From an uncultured Acidobacteriota bacterium (GTDB taxonomy: Bacteria > Acidobacteriota > Vicinamibacteria > Vicinamibacterales > 2-12-FULL-66-21), in NCBI GenBank assembly GCA_963750935.1, contig CAVVSR010000018.1, forward strand, positions 261,234 to 325,233: a stretch of 64,000 nt of DNA, read 5' to 3'. A model generated the notes under the pieces. The model was not told the origin of the DNA and made no database searches. It saw nothing but the letters and a program-made list of their open reading frames with translations. Position numbers and translations under genes: made by a program. Each line of letters opens with the position of its first letter. Position 1 is the stretch's first letter. Shown in pieces: positions 36,624 through 45,851 of the stretch.

Positions 36624-38010
36624 ACGGCTGCGCCACACGCTCGGGTTCCGGCTGGCGCTGTGGTACGCGATCGTCTTCGTGGCCAGCTCGCTCACGCTCA
36701 CCGTCCTCACCTACGTCCTGGTCGCCGCGTCGCTGCGGCAGTACGACCGCGAACAGATCCGCACGGCGCTGGTGCAGTACGCGACCGCGTATGCGACGCG
36801 GGGCGTGAACGGTCTCGCCGAGGAGATCCGCCGCACGCAGGAAACCGCGGCGCCGGGGCCGCTGCTGGTCCGGACCGTGGGCGCCCGTCAGGACGTGACG
36901 TTCCTGAGCCGGCCCGAAGGCTGGCGGCACTTCGATCTCTCGCTGCTCGACCCGCCGTCGCCGGACGGGCAACAGACCTGGAGCATCCTGCGCACCGGGG
37001 AAGGCAGCGTCGTCCTCGAAGTGCTGTCGGCCAGGCTGCGCGACGGCACGCTGTTCCAGGTCGGCATGAGCACCGAGCGCCGGGCGCAGCTGCTCGAGCG
37101 GTTCCGGCGCGTCCTCCTGATCAACGTGGCCTCCCTGATCGTGGTGGGCCTCGCCGGCGGCGTGCTGCTCACGTCGTCGGCGCTGCAGCCCGTACGGACG
37201 CTGGCCGACACGGTCCGGTCGATTCTCAGGACCGGGCGCACCGACGCGCGCGTGCCGGCCACGGAAAGCCGCGACGCGCTCGGCGAGCTGAGCGCGCTCG
37301 TGAACGCGATGCTCGACCGCATCGACGCGGTGATCACCGGCATGCGCGGGGCGCTCGACAACGTCGCGCACGACCTGCGCACGCCGATGACCCGCCTCCG
37401 CGGCATCGCCGAGACGGCGCTGGCGTCGAACAATCCACAGACGCTCCGCGATGCGCTCGAGGAGTGCCTCGAGGAGTCAGACCGCGTCGTCGAGATGCTG
37501 AACACCCTGATGGACATCTCGGAGGCGGAGACCGGGACGATGGCGCTGCGGCTCGAGCCGACCGACTTCAGCGAGCTGGTGCGCCAGACCGTCGATCTGT
37601 ACGAGGAGGTGGCGGACGAACGCGGCGTGCCGGTGACGACCGCCGTGGCCGACGGCATCACCGTGACGGTCGACCGCAATCGCCTGCGGCAGGCGCTGGC
37701 GAACCTGCTCGACAATGCCTTGAAGTACACGCCCCGGGGCGGGCGGGTCGAGATCGCGGCGAGGCGCGACGGCCCGGACGCGATCCTGTCGATGACCGAC
37801 ACCGGCGTCGGCATTCCCGCCGACGAGCTGCCCCACATCTGGACCCGCCTCTATCGCGGCGACAAGAGCCGATCGAGCCGCGGGCTCGGGCTCGGCTTGA
37901 GCCTGGTCAAGGCGATCGTCGAAGCCCACCGCGGCCAGGTGAGCGTGCAGTCCGAGCCCGGCCGCGGCAGCCGGTTCGAGCTCCGGCTGCCGGTGGAGCC
38001 CCGAGCCTGA
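36604..38010 (+). CDS. Membrane sensor histidine kinase (HAMP, HisKA, HATPase)
   Basis: 468 aa. It overlaps the regulator gene by 20 nt. The H-box is [13 protein letters not shown], followed by [16 protein letters not shown] and GLGLGLSLV. Confidence 0.92.
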   Translation: MFSKWRERLRHTLGFRLALWYAIVFVASSLTLTVLTYVLVAASLRQYDREQIRTALVQYATAYATRGVNGLAEEIRRTQETAAPGPLLVRTVGARQDVTFLSRPEGWRHFDLSLLDPPSPDGQQTWSILRTGEGSVVLEVLSARLRDGTLFQVGMSTERRAQLLERFRRVLLINVASLIVVGLAGGVLLTSSALQPVRTLADTVRSILRTGRTDARVPATESRDALGELSALVNAMLDRIDAVITGMRGALDNVAHDLRTPMTRLRGIAETALASNNPQTLRDALEECLEESDRVVEMLNTLMDISEAETGTMALRLEPTDFSELVRQTVDLYEEVADERGVPVTTAVADGITVTVDRNRLRQALANLLDNALKYTPRGGRVEIAARRDGPDAILSMTDTGVGIPADELPHIWTRLYRGDKSRSSRGLGLGLSLVKAIVEAHRGQVSVQSEPGRGSRFELRLPVEPRA

Positions 38011-38102
38011 ACCTTTCACGCTTGTAATGTTCGGGCCATGAACTGGTAATGGACGGTTCGTATCTTCTGATCATGATGTTTTCAGAACGGGAGATACGCA
38101 CC

Positions 38103-39569
38103 ATGTCATCTATTCGTAAGACCGGTATCACCGCCAGCGCACTGCTGCTGACGGGTTCGCTCATCGGCTGGACCGCCTCGGGTCTTGGCACGACCTCCGC
38201 CAACTCGGCTGGACCGACCGTGGCGGCCGCGACCGCCGCGCCTGTGACCACCGCGCCGTCCGCGACGACCTACGCGGGCGTCGTCGATCACGTCGCACCG
38301 GCCGTCGTCACGATCCGGTCGGAGCGCCGGGTTCGTAACGTCAGCCAGGATCTGCCGGACGATCCGCGGCTGCGTGAATTCTTCGGACAGTTCGGCCAGC
38401 GCGGACCACGCGCGCGGCCCGAACAGCGTCAGCGCGGTCTGGGCTCCGGCGTCATCGTCCGGCCCGACGGCTACATCCTGACCAACCATCACGTCGTCGA
38501 CGGCGCCGACCAGGTGACCGTGGAGATGAATGACGGCCGCAGCCTCAAGGCCAAGGTCGTCGGCAGCGACGAGCCGACCGATCTCGCGGTGCTGAAGATC
38601 GACGGCAGCAACCTGCAGACGCTGGCGCTCGGCGATTCGGATGCGGTCCGCGTCGGCGACGTCGTGCTCGCGGTCGGCAACCCGCTTGGCGTCGGCCAGA
38701 CGGTGACCATGGGCATCGTCAGCGCCAAGGGGCGGGCCACCGGGGGCGGCGAGAGCTTCGAGGACTTCATCCAGACGGATGCCCCGATCAACCAGGGGAA
38801 CTCGGGCGGCGCGCTGGTCAGCACGCGCGGCGAGCTGGTCGGCATCAACTCGCAGATCCTCACGCCGTCGGGCGGCAACATCGGCATCGGCTTCGCCATC
38901 CCGGCCAACATGGCGAAGAACGTGATGACTCAATTGATCAGCGGCGGTGAAGTGCGCCGCGGAATGCTGGGCGTGACGATCCAGCCGGTGACGTCGGATC
39001 TGGCGAGCAGCCTCGGGCTGAGTCAGGTGCGGGGCGCGCTGGTGAACGCGGTGACCGCCGGCGGCCCGGCGGACAAGGCCGGCGTGCGGCGCGGCGACGT
39101 CATCCTCGAGGTGAACGGCGAAGCGGTGAAGGACGGCAACGAACTGCGCAACGAGGTCGCGCAGCTGATGCCCGGCAGCGCGGTGAAGCTGACGGTCGTG
39201 CGGGACGGCAAGGAGCAGGCGGTCACGGTGACGCTCGCCGAACGCCAGGCCGCTGCCAACGGTGAAGCCCGCGGCAATTCGCCGAACGACCCCGCCGGGT
39301 TCGGGATCGCCGCCGAACCGCTGACCAGGCAGAGCGCCCGCGAGCTCGGCGTCTCGGCGACGAGCGGTGTGGTCATCACGGACGTCGAACCGTCCGGCCG
39401 CGCCGCCGAAGCGGGCCTGCGTGCCGGCGACGTCATCGCCGAAGTGGATCGGAAGCCGGTCTCGTCGGTCGACGAGCTGCGGGCGGCGCTGAAGACGGGT
39501 GACCGTCCGGCGCTGCTGCTGGTCCATCGCGGCGAGGTCACGACGTTCGTGACGATCGATCGGAAGTAA
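38103..39569 (+). CDS. Do/HtrA-family periplasmic serine endopeptidase with two PDZ domains
   Basis: ATG 38103 follows a GGGAGA SD. Triad contexts are TNHHVV, TDLAVLK and GNSGGAL, followed by two PDZ-like segments. It lies directly downstream of the two-component pair. Confidence 0.92.
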   Translation: MSSIRKTGITASALLLTGSLIGWTASGLGTTSANSAGPTVAAATAAPVTTAPSATTYAGVVDHVAPAVVTIRSERRVRNVSQDLPDDPRLREFFGQFGQRGPRARPEQRQRGLGSGVIVRPDGYILTNHHVVDGADQVTVEMNDGRSLKAKVVGSDEPTDLAVLKIDGSNLQTLALGDSDAVRVGDVVLAVGNPLGVGQTVTMGIVSAKGRATGGGESFEDFIQTDAPINQGNSGGALVSTRGELVGINSQILTPSGGNIGIGFAIPANMAKNVMTQLISGGEVRRGMLGVTIQPVTSDLASSLGLSQVRGALVNAVTAGGPADKAGVRRGDVILEVNGEAVKDGNELRNEVAQLMPGSAVKLTVVRDGKEQAVTVTLAERQAAANGEARGNSPNDPAGFGIAAEPLTRQSARELGVSATSGVVITDVEPSGRAAEAGLRAGDVIAEVDRKPVSSVDELRAALKTGDRPALLLVHRGEVTTFVTIDRK

Positions 39570-39571
39570 GG

Positions 39572-39595
39572 AGCTTCCGCCTGAAGGCGGAAGCT
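39572..39595 (+). terminator. Candidate stem-loop terminator / REP-like hairpin (agcttccgcc tgaa ggcggaagct)
   Basis: A perfect 10-bp stem with a 4-nt loop starts 3 nt after the htrA-like stop. There is no U-tract, so terminator function is only inferred from position. Confidence 0.35.
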
Positions 39596-39664
39596 ACGAG
39601 ATGCAAGGCGGAAGCTACGAGCAAGAGTCCCGTGGCTTCCGAGCTGGGAGTTGGTTACGCTGGG

Positions 39665-39685
39665 CTTCCGCCTTTCAGGCGGAAG
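39665..39685 (-). terminator. Candidate stem-loop terminator / REP-like hairpin (cttccgcc tttca ggcggaag)
   Basis: It uses the same stem sequence family as 39572-39595 and lies 6 nt beyond the stop of the convergent dehydratase gene. Confidence 0.35.
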
Positions 39686-39690
39686 GATCA

Positions 39691-40674
39691 TCACGCCGGC
39701 GATCGCGCCATCGCCGGGGCCTCGCGATTGACGATGCGCGTGAGCGTGGCCTGATCGATGTTGCCGCCCGACATCACCGCCACCACCTTCTTCCCCGCCA
39801 GCGAGCTCTTCAGCTTCACGGCAGCGGCCAGCGATGCCGCTCCCGCCCCCTCCGCCAGGTTGTGCGTCGTCCTCAGCGCCAGCCGAACCCCTTCTTCCAG
39901 TTCCTCTTCCGTCAGCGTGACGATGTCGTCCAGGTGCTCACGAAGGATGTCGAACGTGAAGTCGAACGTGACGCGCGTGGCGACGCCTTCGGCGAACGTC
40001 CCGGTCTTGTCGGTGACGACGCGCGTGCCGGAGCGCCACGAGCGCGTGAAGGCGTCGGCGGCGGCCGCCTGGATGCCGATGACGCGAGCGCGGCTGCCGA
40101 TCCACGTCCTGACCAGCGAACAGCCGGCGGCGCCGCTGCCGCCGCCGATCGGCACGAGGATCACGTCGGCGTCCGGCAATTCCTCGAAGATCTCCAGGCC
40201 GTAGGTGGCGACGCCGGCGATGAGCATCGGCTCGTTGGCCGAGTGGACATAGCGCAAGCCGCGCTCCTGGTGGATCGCTTCGACGTACTCGCGTGCCGCG
40301 TCGAAGTCGCGGCCGACCTCGACGACGGTGGCGCCGAGCGCGCGCATCGACGCGTTCTTGTCGGGGTTGTTGCGCTCGGGGACCGCGACCGTGCACGGCA
40401 CCCCCTCCCGCTGGCACGCCAGCGCGATCGACTGCCCATGGTTCCCGGTGCTCGCGGTGATGACGCCGCGGCGCTCCTCGGCACTCAGGCTGCCCACGAG
40501 GTTCAGGCCGCCACGGACCTTGAACGCGTTCGTCGGATTGTGATTCTCGTGCTTGACGTAGAGGTCGAGCCCGGTCTCGGCGTTGAGCAACGCGTGCTGA
40601 AGCAGCGGCGTCGGCCTCAAGGTCCGATACACGACCCGCCGGGCCCGCAACACATCTGACAACTGCAACGGCAT
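39691..40674 (-). CDS. PLP-dependent threonine/serine dehydratase family enzyme
   Basis: 327 aa. It has the PLP-lysine block HENHNPTNAFKVRGG, then STGNHGQS and the phosphate-binding loop PIGGGSGAAG. Confidence 0.9.
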   Translation of the reverse strand: MPLQLSDVLRARRVVYRTLRPTPLLQHALLNAETGLDLYVKHENHNPTNAFKVRGGLNLVGSLSAEERRGVITASTGNHGQSIALACQREGVPCTVAVPERNNPDKNASMRALGATVVEVGRDFDAAREYVEAIHQERGLRYVHSANEPMLIAGVATYGLEIFEELPDADVILVPIGGGSGAAGCSLVRTWIGSRARVIGIQAAAADAFTRSWRSGTRVVTDKTGTFAEGVATRVTFDFTFDILREHLDDIVTLTEEELEEGVRLALRTTHNLAEGAGAASLAAAVKLKSSLAGKKVVAVMSGGNIDQATLTRIVNREAPAMARSPA

Positions 40675-40695
40675 CAGAACCTCGAACCTTCCAAC

Positions 40696-42273
40696 CTAGT
40701 CAGTCTGCGCCCCCGCCCGTCCCGCCTCGACGACCAGCGACCCGCCGATGCGAACGGCGCCACCCGGCGTCGTGACGCGGTCGAGGAGCTTGAAGTCCGC
40801 GCGCATGGCCGCCGGCGTCGCGGTGCACGCGATGTAGCCGCGCCGCGCGCTGTGGTACTTGATGTGCGGGTTGTCGGGCCGGGTCTGCTCCCACGTCGCG
40901 CCCACGTCCACGCCATCGCCGCCGGCGGAGATCGACGTATTGGTGAACTCGACGCCGACCGTCTCCGACTTGGGATTGGCGAAGTCGAGCTTCAGATCGG
41001 CGCCGTAGTGCGCGTGCACGTCTCCGGACAGCACGACCGGATTCGGCGCGCGTGTCTCGCGCAGGCGTGAGTAGAGCCGGGTGCGGGCGGCGCTGTAGCC
41101 GTCCCACGTATCCATGTTGAAGCGCGCCTTCGGATCGACCTTCTGGTTGTCGCGGGCGAAGGAGTAGACCTGCTGGCTGATCACGGTCCAGCGGGCCTTC
41201 GCCGTGGCCAGGTTGTCGAACAGCCACTGCTCCTGCGCGGTGCCGAGGATCGTGCGGCCGGGATCGAGCGCCGCCGGACAGGTCTTGAAGCCGTCACCGC
41301 AGCCCTGATCGGATCGCCACTGGCGCGTGTCGAGCATGCTGAAGTCGATCAGGTTGCCGAACTGGAGCCGGCGGTAGATGCGGATGGCGCTGCCGACCGG
41401 GATGGAGGCCGCGCGCAGCGGCATGTGCTCGTAGTAGGCCTGGTAGGCCGCCGCCCGCCGCAGCACGAAGATCTCCGCCGGCGTGCCGTTCTCGTCGGCG
41501 TCCCCGGCGTAGTTGTTCTCGACTTCGTGGTCGTCGAAGCTGACGAGGAACGGCGCGGAACGGTGAGCGGCCATCAGGTCGGGATCCGACTTGTACAGGC
41601 CGTAGCGGTTGCGGTAGTCGACCAGCGTGTAGATCTCGTCGCCGTTGTGCTGCCGCACGCGGCCGTCGGTCCTGCCGCCATCCGCGCGGCCCTCGTAGAT
41701 GTAGTCGCCGGTGTGCACGACGAAGTCGAACTGCTCGTCGGCGATGCGCCGGTAGCCGGTGAAGTAGCCGGTCTCGAAGTGGCTGCAGCCGCAGACCGCG
41801 AATCGCAGCTGGCTCACCTCGGCGCCCGCGGCCGGCGCGGTCCGGGTGCGGCCGATCTGGCTGACCTCGCCGCCGGCGCGGAACCGATAGAAGTAGTCGT
41901 GCGCCGGCTGGAGTCCCGCGGCCTCGACGTGGACGCTGTGTCCGAGCTCGGGCCGCGCCAGCGCGGTCCCCTTCTGCACGACCTGGCGGAACTGGCGGTC
42001 GCTGGCAATCTCCCATCCCACCTCGATCGGCGCCATCGGCATGCCGCCGCCATTCACGGGATCAGGTGCGAGCCGGGTCCAGAGGACGATGCCGTCGGGG
42101 AGCGGCTCGCCGGAGGCCACACCCATCGAAAACGGGTAGGCGCCGAAGACCGGCGCGCTCTGCGCGCGCGTGGCGACGGCCGGCTGCGCGATCGCCGCCG
42201 CGCCGAGCGACCAGGCGATCTTGAGCAGTTCGCGGCGCGACAACCGGGCCAGCGCGTGCTCGTAACTGAACAT
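40696..42273 (-). CDS. phoD: Alkaline phosphatase D family (PhoD), Tat-secreted
   Basis: The start is the ATG ending at 42273 (GGAGGA SD). It has the twin-arginine leader LSRRELLKIAWSLGAAAIA. Metallophosphoesterase blocks HTGDYIYE, SFDDHEVENN and LSGDVHAHY are present. Confidence 0.9.
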   Translation of the reverse strand: MFSYEHALARLSRRELLKIAWSLGAAAIAQPAVATRAQSAPVFGAYPFSMGVASGEPLPDGIVLWTRLAPDPVNGGGMPMAPIEVGWEIASDRQFRQVVQKGTALARPELGHSVHVEAAGLQPAHDYFYRFRAGGEVSQIGRTRTAPAAGAEVSQLRFAVCGCSHFETGYFTGYRRIADEQFDFVVHTGDYIYEGRADGGRTDGRVRQHNGDEIYTLVDYRNRYGLYKSDPDLMAAHRSAPFLVSFDDHEVENNYAGDADENGTPAEIFVLRRAAAYQAYYEHMPLRAASIPVGSAIRIYRRLQFGNLIDFSMLDTRQWRSDQGCGDGFKTCPAALDPGRTILGTAQEQWLFDNLATAKARWTVISQQVYSFARDNQKVDPKARFNMDTWDGYSAARTRLYSRLRETRAPNPVVLSGDVHAHYGADLKLDFANPKSETVGVEFTNTSISAGGDGVDVGATWEQTRPDNPHIKYHSARRGYIACTATPAAMRADFKLLDRVTTPGGAVRIGGSLVVEAGRAGAQTD

Positions 42274-42376
42274 GTGAGTCCTCCGCGAAGAGTTTACCGC
42301 CATCCCTCGTCCCGGGTGGCCCGCCGATCATCCCCGAGCGACATCACAAAATTATGACCATGGACTAAGATGCCTC

Positions 42377-42511
42377 ATGCCCGACAGGCCGGCCCCGGCC
42401 GCCGCTCCGCTCGCCGGCGAGTCCGACATGCGCACCAGCTACTGGCGCGTGATCGTCTCGTGGCTGCTCGCCCTGGCGGCGCTGTACGCCTTCCAGGAAT
42501 ACTTCTCGTGA
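42377..42511 (+). CDS. Possible 44-aa single-TM small protein upstream of the symporter
   Basis: Not in the ORF track. ATG 42377 to TGA 42509-42511 reads MPDRPAPAAAPLAGESDMRTSYWRVIVSWLLALAALYAFQEYFS. Small membrane partners upstream of SSS transporters are known in other families. The track ORF 42370..42552 is an Arg-rich alternative frame. Confidence 0.4.
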   Translation: MPDRPAPAAAPLAGESDMRTSYWRVIVSWLLALAALYAFQEYFS

Positions 42512-42552
42512 CGGCGCCATGCCGTCGCGCCGCGGCCGCGCCGATCGCGTGA

Positions 42553-44259
42553 ATGCATCCCGTTGACTGGACCCTCCTGGTCGCGTTCGTCTGCTGGATC
42601 GTCTACGACGGTCTGAAGCGCACCAAGGACAGCGACAAGCTCGAAGGCTATTTCCTCGCGAACCGCTCGATCCCGTGGTGGGCGGCGGGCATCTCCGTGA
42701 TGGCGACGCAGCTCAGCGCGATCACGATGATCGGCACCACCGGGCAGGGCTACAACGACGGGCTGCGCTTCATCCAGTTCTACTACGCGCTGCCGGTCGC
42801 GATGATCATCCTGTCGCTGACCCTGGTGCCGTTCTTCTACAACTCGGGCGTCTACACCGCGTACGAGTATCTCGAGCGCCGCTTCGATCCGAAGACGCGC
42901 AGCCTCACCAGCTTCCTGTTCCTGCTGTCACGCGGCATGTCAGTCGGCGCCGTCGTCTCGGCGCCGGCGGTGGTGCTGTCGCTGGTGCTGGGATGGGACG
43001 TGACCGCCACCGCGCTGGTGATCGCGGCGCCGGCCGTGATCTACACGATGTTCGGCGGCGTCCAGGCGGTGACGTGGACCGACGTCAAGATCATGGTGCT
43101 GATCGTGTTCGGCCTGTTCGCGGTCATCATCGCCGCGGTGCTGGGGTTCCCGGAGGACATCGGGCTGACCGACGGCCTCCGCATCGCCGCCACAACCGGC
43201 CGGCTGCGCGCCTTCGACTTCTCGCTGAACCTCACCAACCAGTACACGTTCTGGTCCGGCACCATCGCCGCCCTGTTCCTGTTCTGCTCCTACTTCGGCA
43301 CCGATCAGAGCCAGGTGCAGCGCTACCTGACGGCGCGATCGGTGAACGAGGCGCGCCACTCGCTGCTGATGAGCGCCTACTGGAAGATCCCGCTGCAGGT
43401 GCTGGTGCTCGTGCTCGGCATCCTGGTCTACGTGTTCTACGTGTTCAACACGCCGCCGCTGCTGTTCAGCACCGTGCACACCGAGCGGATGCAGCGCGGA
43501 CCCGCCGCGCCGCAGTACGCCGCCCTGGAGCGGGAGTTCGACGCCGCGTTCGCGGCGAGGCGCATCGCCGCTCTCGAGGTTGCCGCGGCACGCGCCGCCG
43601 ACGACCAGGCGCGCGAGGCATCGGCCGCCCAGGCGATGCAGGCCGCGGAGACCGCGGTGCGCGGCGTGCGGACCAGGGCCGCGCAGCTCGTCCGCGCCAG
43701 CGACGATCGCGACAGCTCCTTCACCGACGTCAACTACATCATCCCGACCTTCATCCTCACCCACCTGCCGGTCGGCCTGATCGGCCTCCTGATCGTCGCG
43801 ATCATCATGGCGGCGACCGACACCATCGCCGGGGAACTGAACTCGCTGTCCACCGCCACGGTGATGGACTTCTACAAGCGGTGGTTCCGTCCGGCCGCGA
43901 CCGACCGGCACTACCTGGCGGTGTCGCGCGTGACGACCGGCCTGTGGGGGCTGTTCGCCTGTGTCGTCGCGGTCTGGGCGGCCGAGCTCGGATCGCTGAT
44001 CGAGGTCGTCAATCGCTTCGGTTCGTTCTTCTACGGATCGATCCTCGGCGTCTTCATCCTCGCGGTCGCGTTCCCGCGCGCGACCGGCCACGGTGCGTTC
44101 ATCGGACTGATCGCGGGCATGGCGTCGGTCGCGCTGGTGGCCTCCTTCACGCCGCTCGCCTTCCTCTGGCACAACGTCGTCGGCGCGGTCGCCGTGGTGA
44201 TCGTCGGGATGCTGGTGAGCACCGCCGAGCGTGGGCTCGCGCGGCCGGACCGTGGGTAG
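42553..44259 (+). CDS. Sodium:solute symporter (SSS) family transporter with a long Ala-rich cytoplasmic insertion
   Basis: 568 aa showing YFLANRSIPWWAAGISVMATQLSAITMIGTTGQGY, YEYLERRF and multiple TM segments. Confidence 0.9.
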   Translation: MHPVDWTLLVAFVCWIVYDGLKRTKDSDKLEGYFLANRSIPWWAAGISVMATQLSAITMIGTTGQGYNDGLRFIQFYYALPVAMIILSLTLVPFFYNSGVYTAYEYLERRFDPKTRSLTSFLFLLSRGMSVGAVVSAPAVVLSLVLGWDVTATALVIAAPAVIYTMFGGVQAVTWTDVKIMVLIVFGLFAVIIAAVLGFPEDIGLTDGLRIAATTGRLRAFDFSLNLTNQYTFWSGTIAALFLFCSYFGTDQSQVQRYLTARSVNEARHSLLMSAYWKIPLQVLVLVLGILVYVFYVFNTPPLLFSTVHTERMQRGPAAPQYAALEREFDAAFAARRIAALEVAAARAADDQAREASAAQAMQAAETAVRGVRTRAAQLVRASDDRDSSFTDVNYIIPTFILTHLPVGLIGLLIVAIIMAATDTIAGELNSLSTATVMDFYKRWFRPAATDRHYLAVSRVTTGLWGLFACVVAVWAAELGSLIEVVNRFGSFFYGSILGVFILAVAFPRATGHGAFIGLIAGMASVALVASFTPLAFLWHNVVGAVAVVIVGMLVSTAERGLARPDRG

Positions 44260-44333
44260 GTGTCAGGCAATGAATCGTGAACGTTGACATACGGCGTTCA
44301 CCGCCCGCCGTTCACGATTCACTGCCTGACACC
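44259..44333 (+). promoter_or_regulatory. 25-bp inverted repeat with an alternative internal pairing partner
   Basis: Positions 44259-44283 (ggtgtcaggcaatgaatcgtgaacg) pair with 44309-44333 (cgttcacgattcactgcctgacacc) with one mismatch. The segment gtgaacg can alternatively pair with cgttcac at 44295-44301. The structure starts at the last base of the symporter stop codon and covers the GTG start predicted for the next gene. Confidence 0.5.
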
Positions 44334-45824
44334 GATCGCCTGGACACCGATCGCCTGACGATCCGTCGTCGCGCAAGGTCGATCGGGCGCGGAAGGTTCT
44401 GCGTGGCCGTGACTCTTGCGGCCTGCCTGATCGCCGTGCTGAGCGGATGTCGGGCGACGGCGATTCCGCCGGCTGGCGTGATGCACGACTGCGACGTCCC
44501 GGGCGTCCCAGGGCCTGCCCGCTGTGGCAGCGTCACCGTCCCAGAGAATCGCGACAAGCCCGGACGCACCATTGCGCTGAACGTCGTCGTGCTCGAGCCG
44601 ACCGGATCGACGCGGGACGGCGATCCGCTGGTCGCGCTCCAGGGTGGTCCCGGACAGCCGGCCGTGCCGATGGCGGACTTCTACGCCCGGCTGTTCGCCG
44701 CGGTTCGTCGCACGCGCGCCATCGTGCTCGTGGACGTGCGCGGCACCGGCAAGTCGAACCCCCTCAACTGCGATTTCGACAGCGACGCCTCTCTGCGATC
44801 GACCGACCTGCTGCCGCTCGACGCGGTGCGTGCGTGCCGGGCCGCGCTCGAGCGTCATGCCGATCTCGCGCGCTACACCACGCCCGACATCGCCGACGAC
44901 CTCGAGGACGTCCGCAAGGCGCTCGGCTACGCGCAGTGGAATCTCTACGGCACGTCGTACGGGACGCGGCTGGCGCTGGAATACGTGCGGCGTCACGAGG
45001 CCTCGGTGAGGACGATGACGCTGAAGGCGGTGGTGCCGCCGTCGATGCTGATCCCGTTCAGCTACGCACGCGATGCGGATGCGGCGCTGCAGATCGCGAT
45101 CGACAGGTGCCAGGCCGATCCCGGCTGTCGCGCGCGCGCCGGCGACACGCGGGTCCACCTTGCGGCCACGATCGAGCGGCTGTCGCGAGCGCCCGAGGAG
45201 GTGCGGGTGATGAATCGCGAGGGGCGAGAGGTCACCGTGACGCTGGGACCTGGCCTGTTCGCCGACATGATCCGCAACATGATGTACGGGTCGCAGGGAG
45301 CCATGGACGCGCTGCCGCGGATCCGCGATGCCGCGGCCGGCGAGCTGCGGTCGTTTGCCGAGACCGCCGTCCGCATCAAGCGGACCTACTCCGCCGACAC
45401 GAGCATCGGGCTATTCCTCACGGTGACCTGCGCGGAGGACGTGCCGTTCATCGACGTCGACGCGGTCCCGTCGGCGGTGAAGGGAACGTTCCTCGGCGAT
45501 TTCCGGATCCGTCAGCAGATCGCGGCATGCCGCGAGTGGACGCCGCCGTCGCGCCGCGGACGCTCGCAGGACGCCGTCGTCTCCGACGTTCCCGCCCTGC
45601 TGTTTTCGGGTGACATGGATCCGGTGACGCCGCCGCGGATGGGTGACGAGGTGGTGAAGACGCTGCGCCGCGGCCGACACGTCGTGCTCCACAACAACGC
45701 GCACGCCCTCGGCGCTTCGTCTGCCTGCGTGACCGGGCTGACCGCCGAACTCCTGGCCGGCCGCGACCCGTCGACGCTCAGCGTCGCCTGCGCCGCCGAC
45801 GCGCCCCTGCCGTCGCCTCGTTAG
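44277..45824 (+). CDS. Alpha/beta hydrolase of the tripeptidyl-aminopeptidase (TAP) type, probable lipoprotein
   Basis: It has the GTSYG nucleophile elbow and the lipobox-like AVLSGC. The start is uncertain: GTG 44277 lies inside the hairpin and repeat region, and GTG 44403 is an alternative. Confidence 0.8.
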   Translation: MNVDIRRSPPAVHDSLPDTDRLDTDRLTIRRRARSIGRGRFCVAVTLAACLIAVLSGCRATAIPPAGVMHDCDVPGVPGPARCGSVTVPENRDKPGRTIALNVVVLEPTGSTRDGDPLVALQGGPGQPAVPMADFYARLFAAVRRTRAIVLVDVRGTGKSNPLNCDFDSDASLRSTDLLPLDAVRACRAALERHADLARYTTPDIADDLEDVRKALGYAQWNLYGTSYGTRLALEYVRRHEASVRTMTLKAVVPPSMLIPFSYARDADAALQIAIDRCQADPGCRARAGDTRVHLAATIERLSRAPEEVRVMNREGREVTVTLGPGLFADMIRNMMYGSQGAMDALPRIRDAAAGELRSFAETAVRIKRTYSADTSIGLFLTVTCAEDVPFIDVDAVPSAVKGTFLGDFRIRQQIAACREWTPPSRRGRSQDAVVSDVPALLFSGDMDPVTPPRMGDEVVKTLRRGRHVVLHNNAHALGASSACVTGLTAELLAGRDPSTLSVACAADAPLPSPR

Positions 45825-45851
45825 CGGTCGAAGCGGAACTGCCGGTCGGGG

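Noticed and set aside
38040-38070. Sigma-E/ECF-type promoter (GAACT ... TCTGA) upstream of the htrA-like gene
   Set aside because: GAACTG at 38040-38045 and TCTGA at 38066-38070 are separated by about 20 nt, which is longer than the 16-17 nt typical of such promoters. The match is too weak to report as a feature.
42370-42552. 60-aa track ORF upstream of the symporter
   Set aside because: It gives an Arg-rich translation with no hydrophobic segment. The overlapping 44-aa frame (42377..42511) with a clean TM helix is the more plausible product, although it is itself uncertain.
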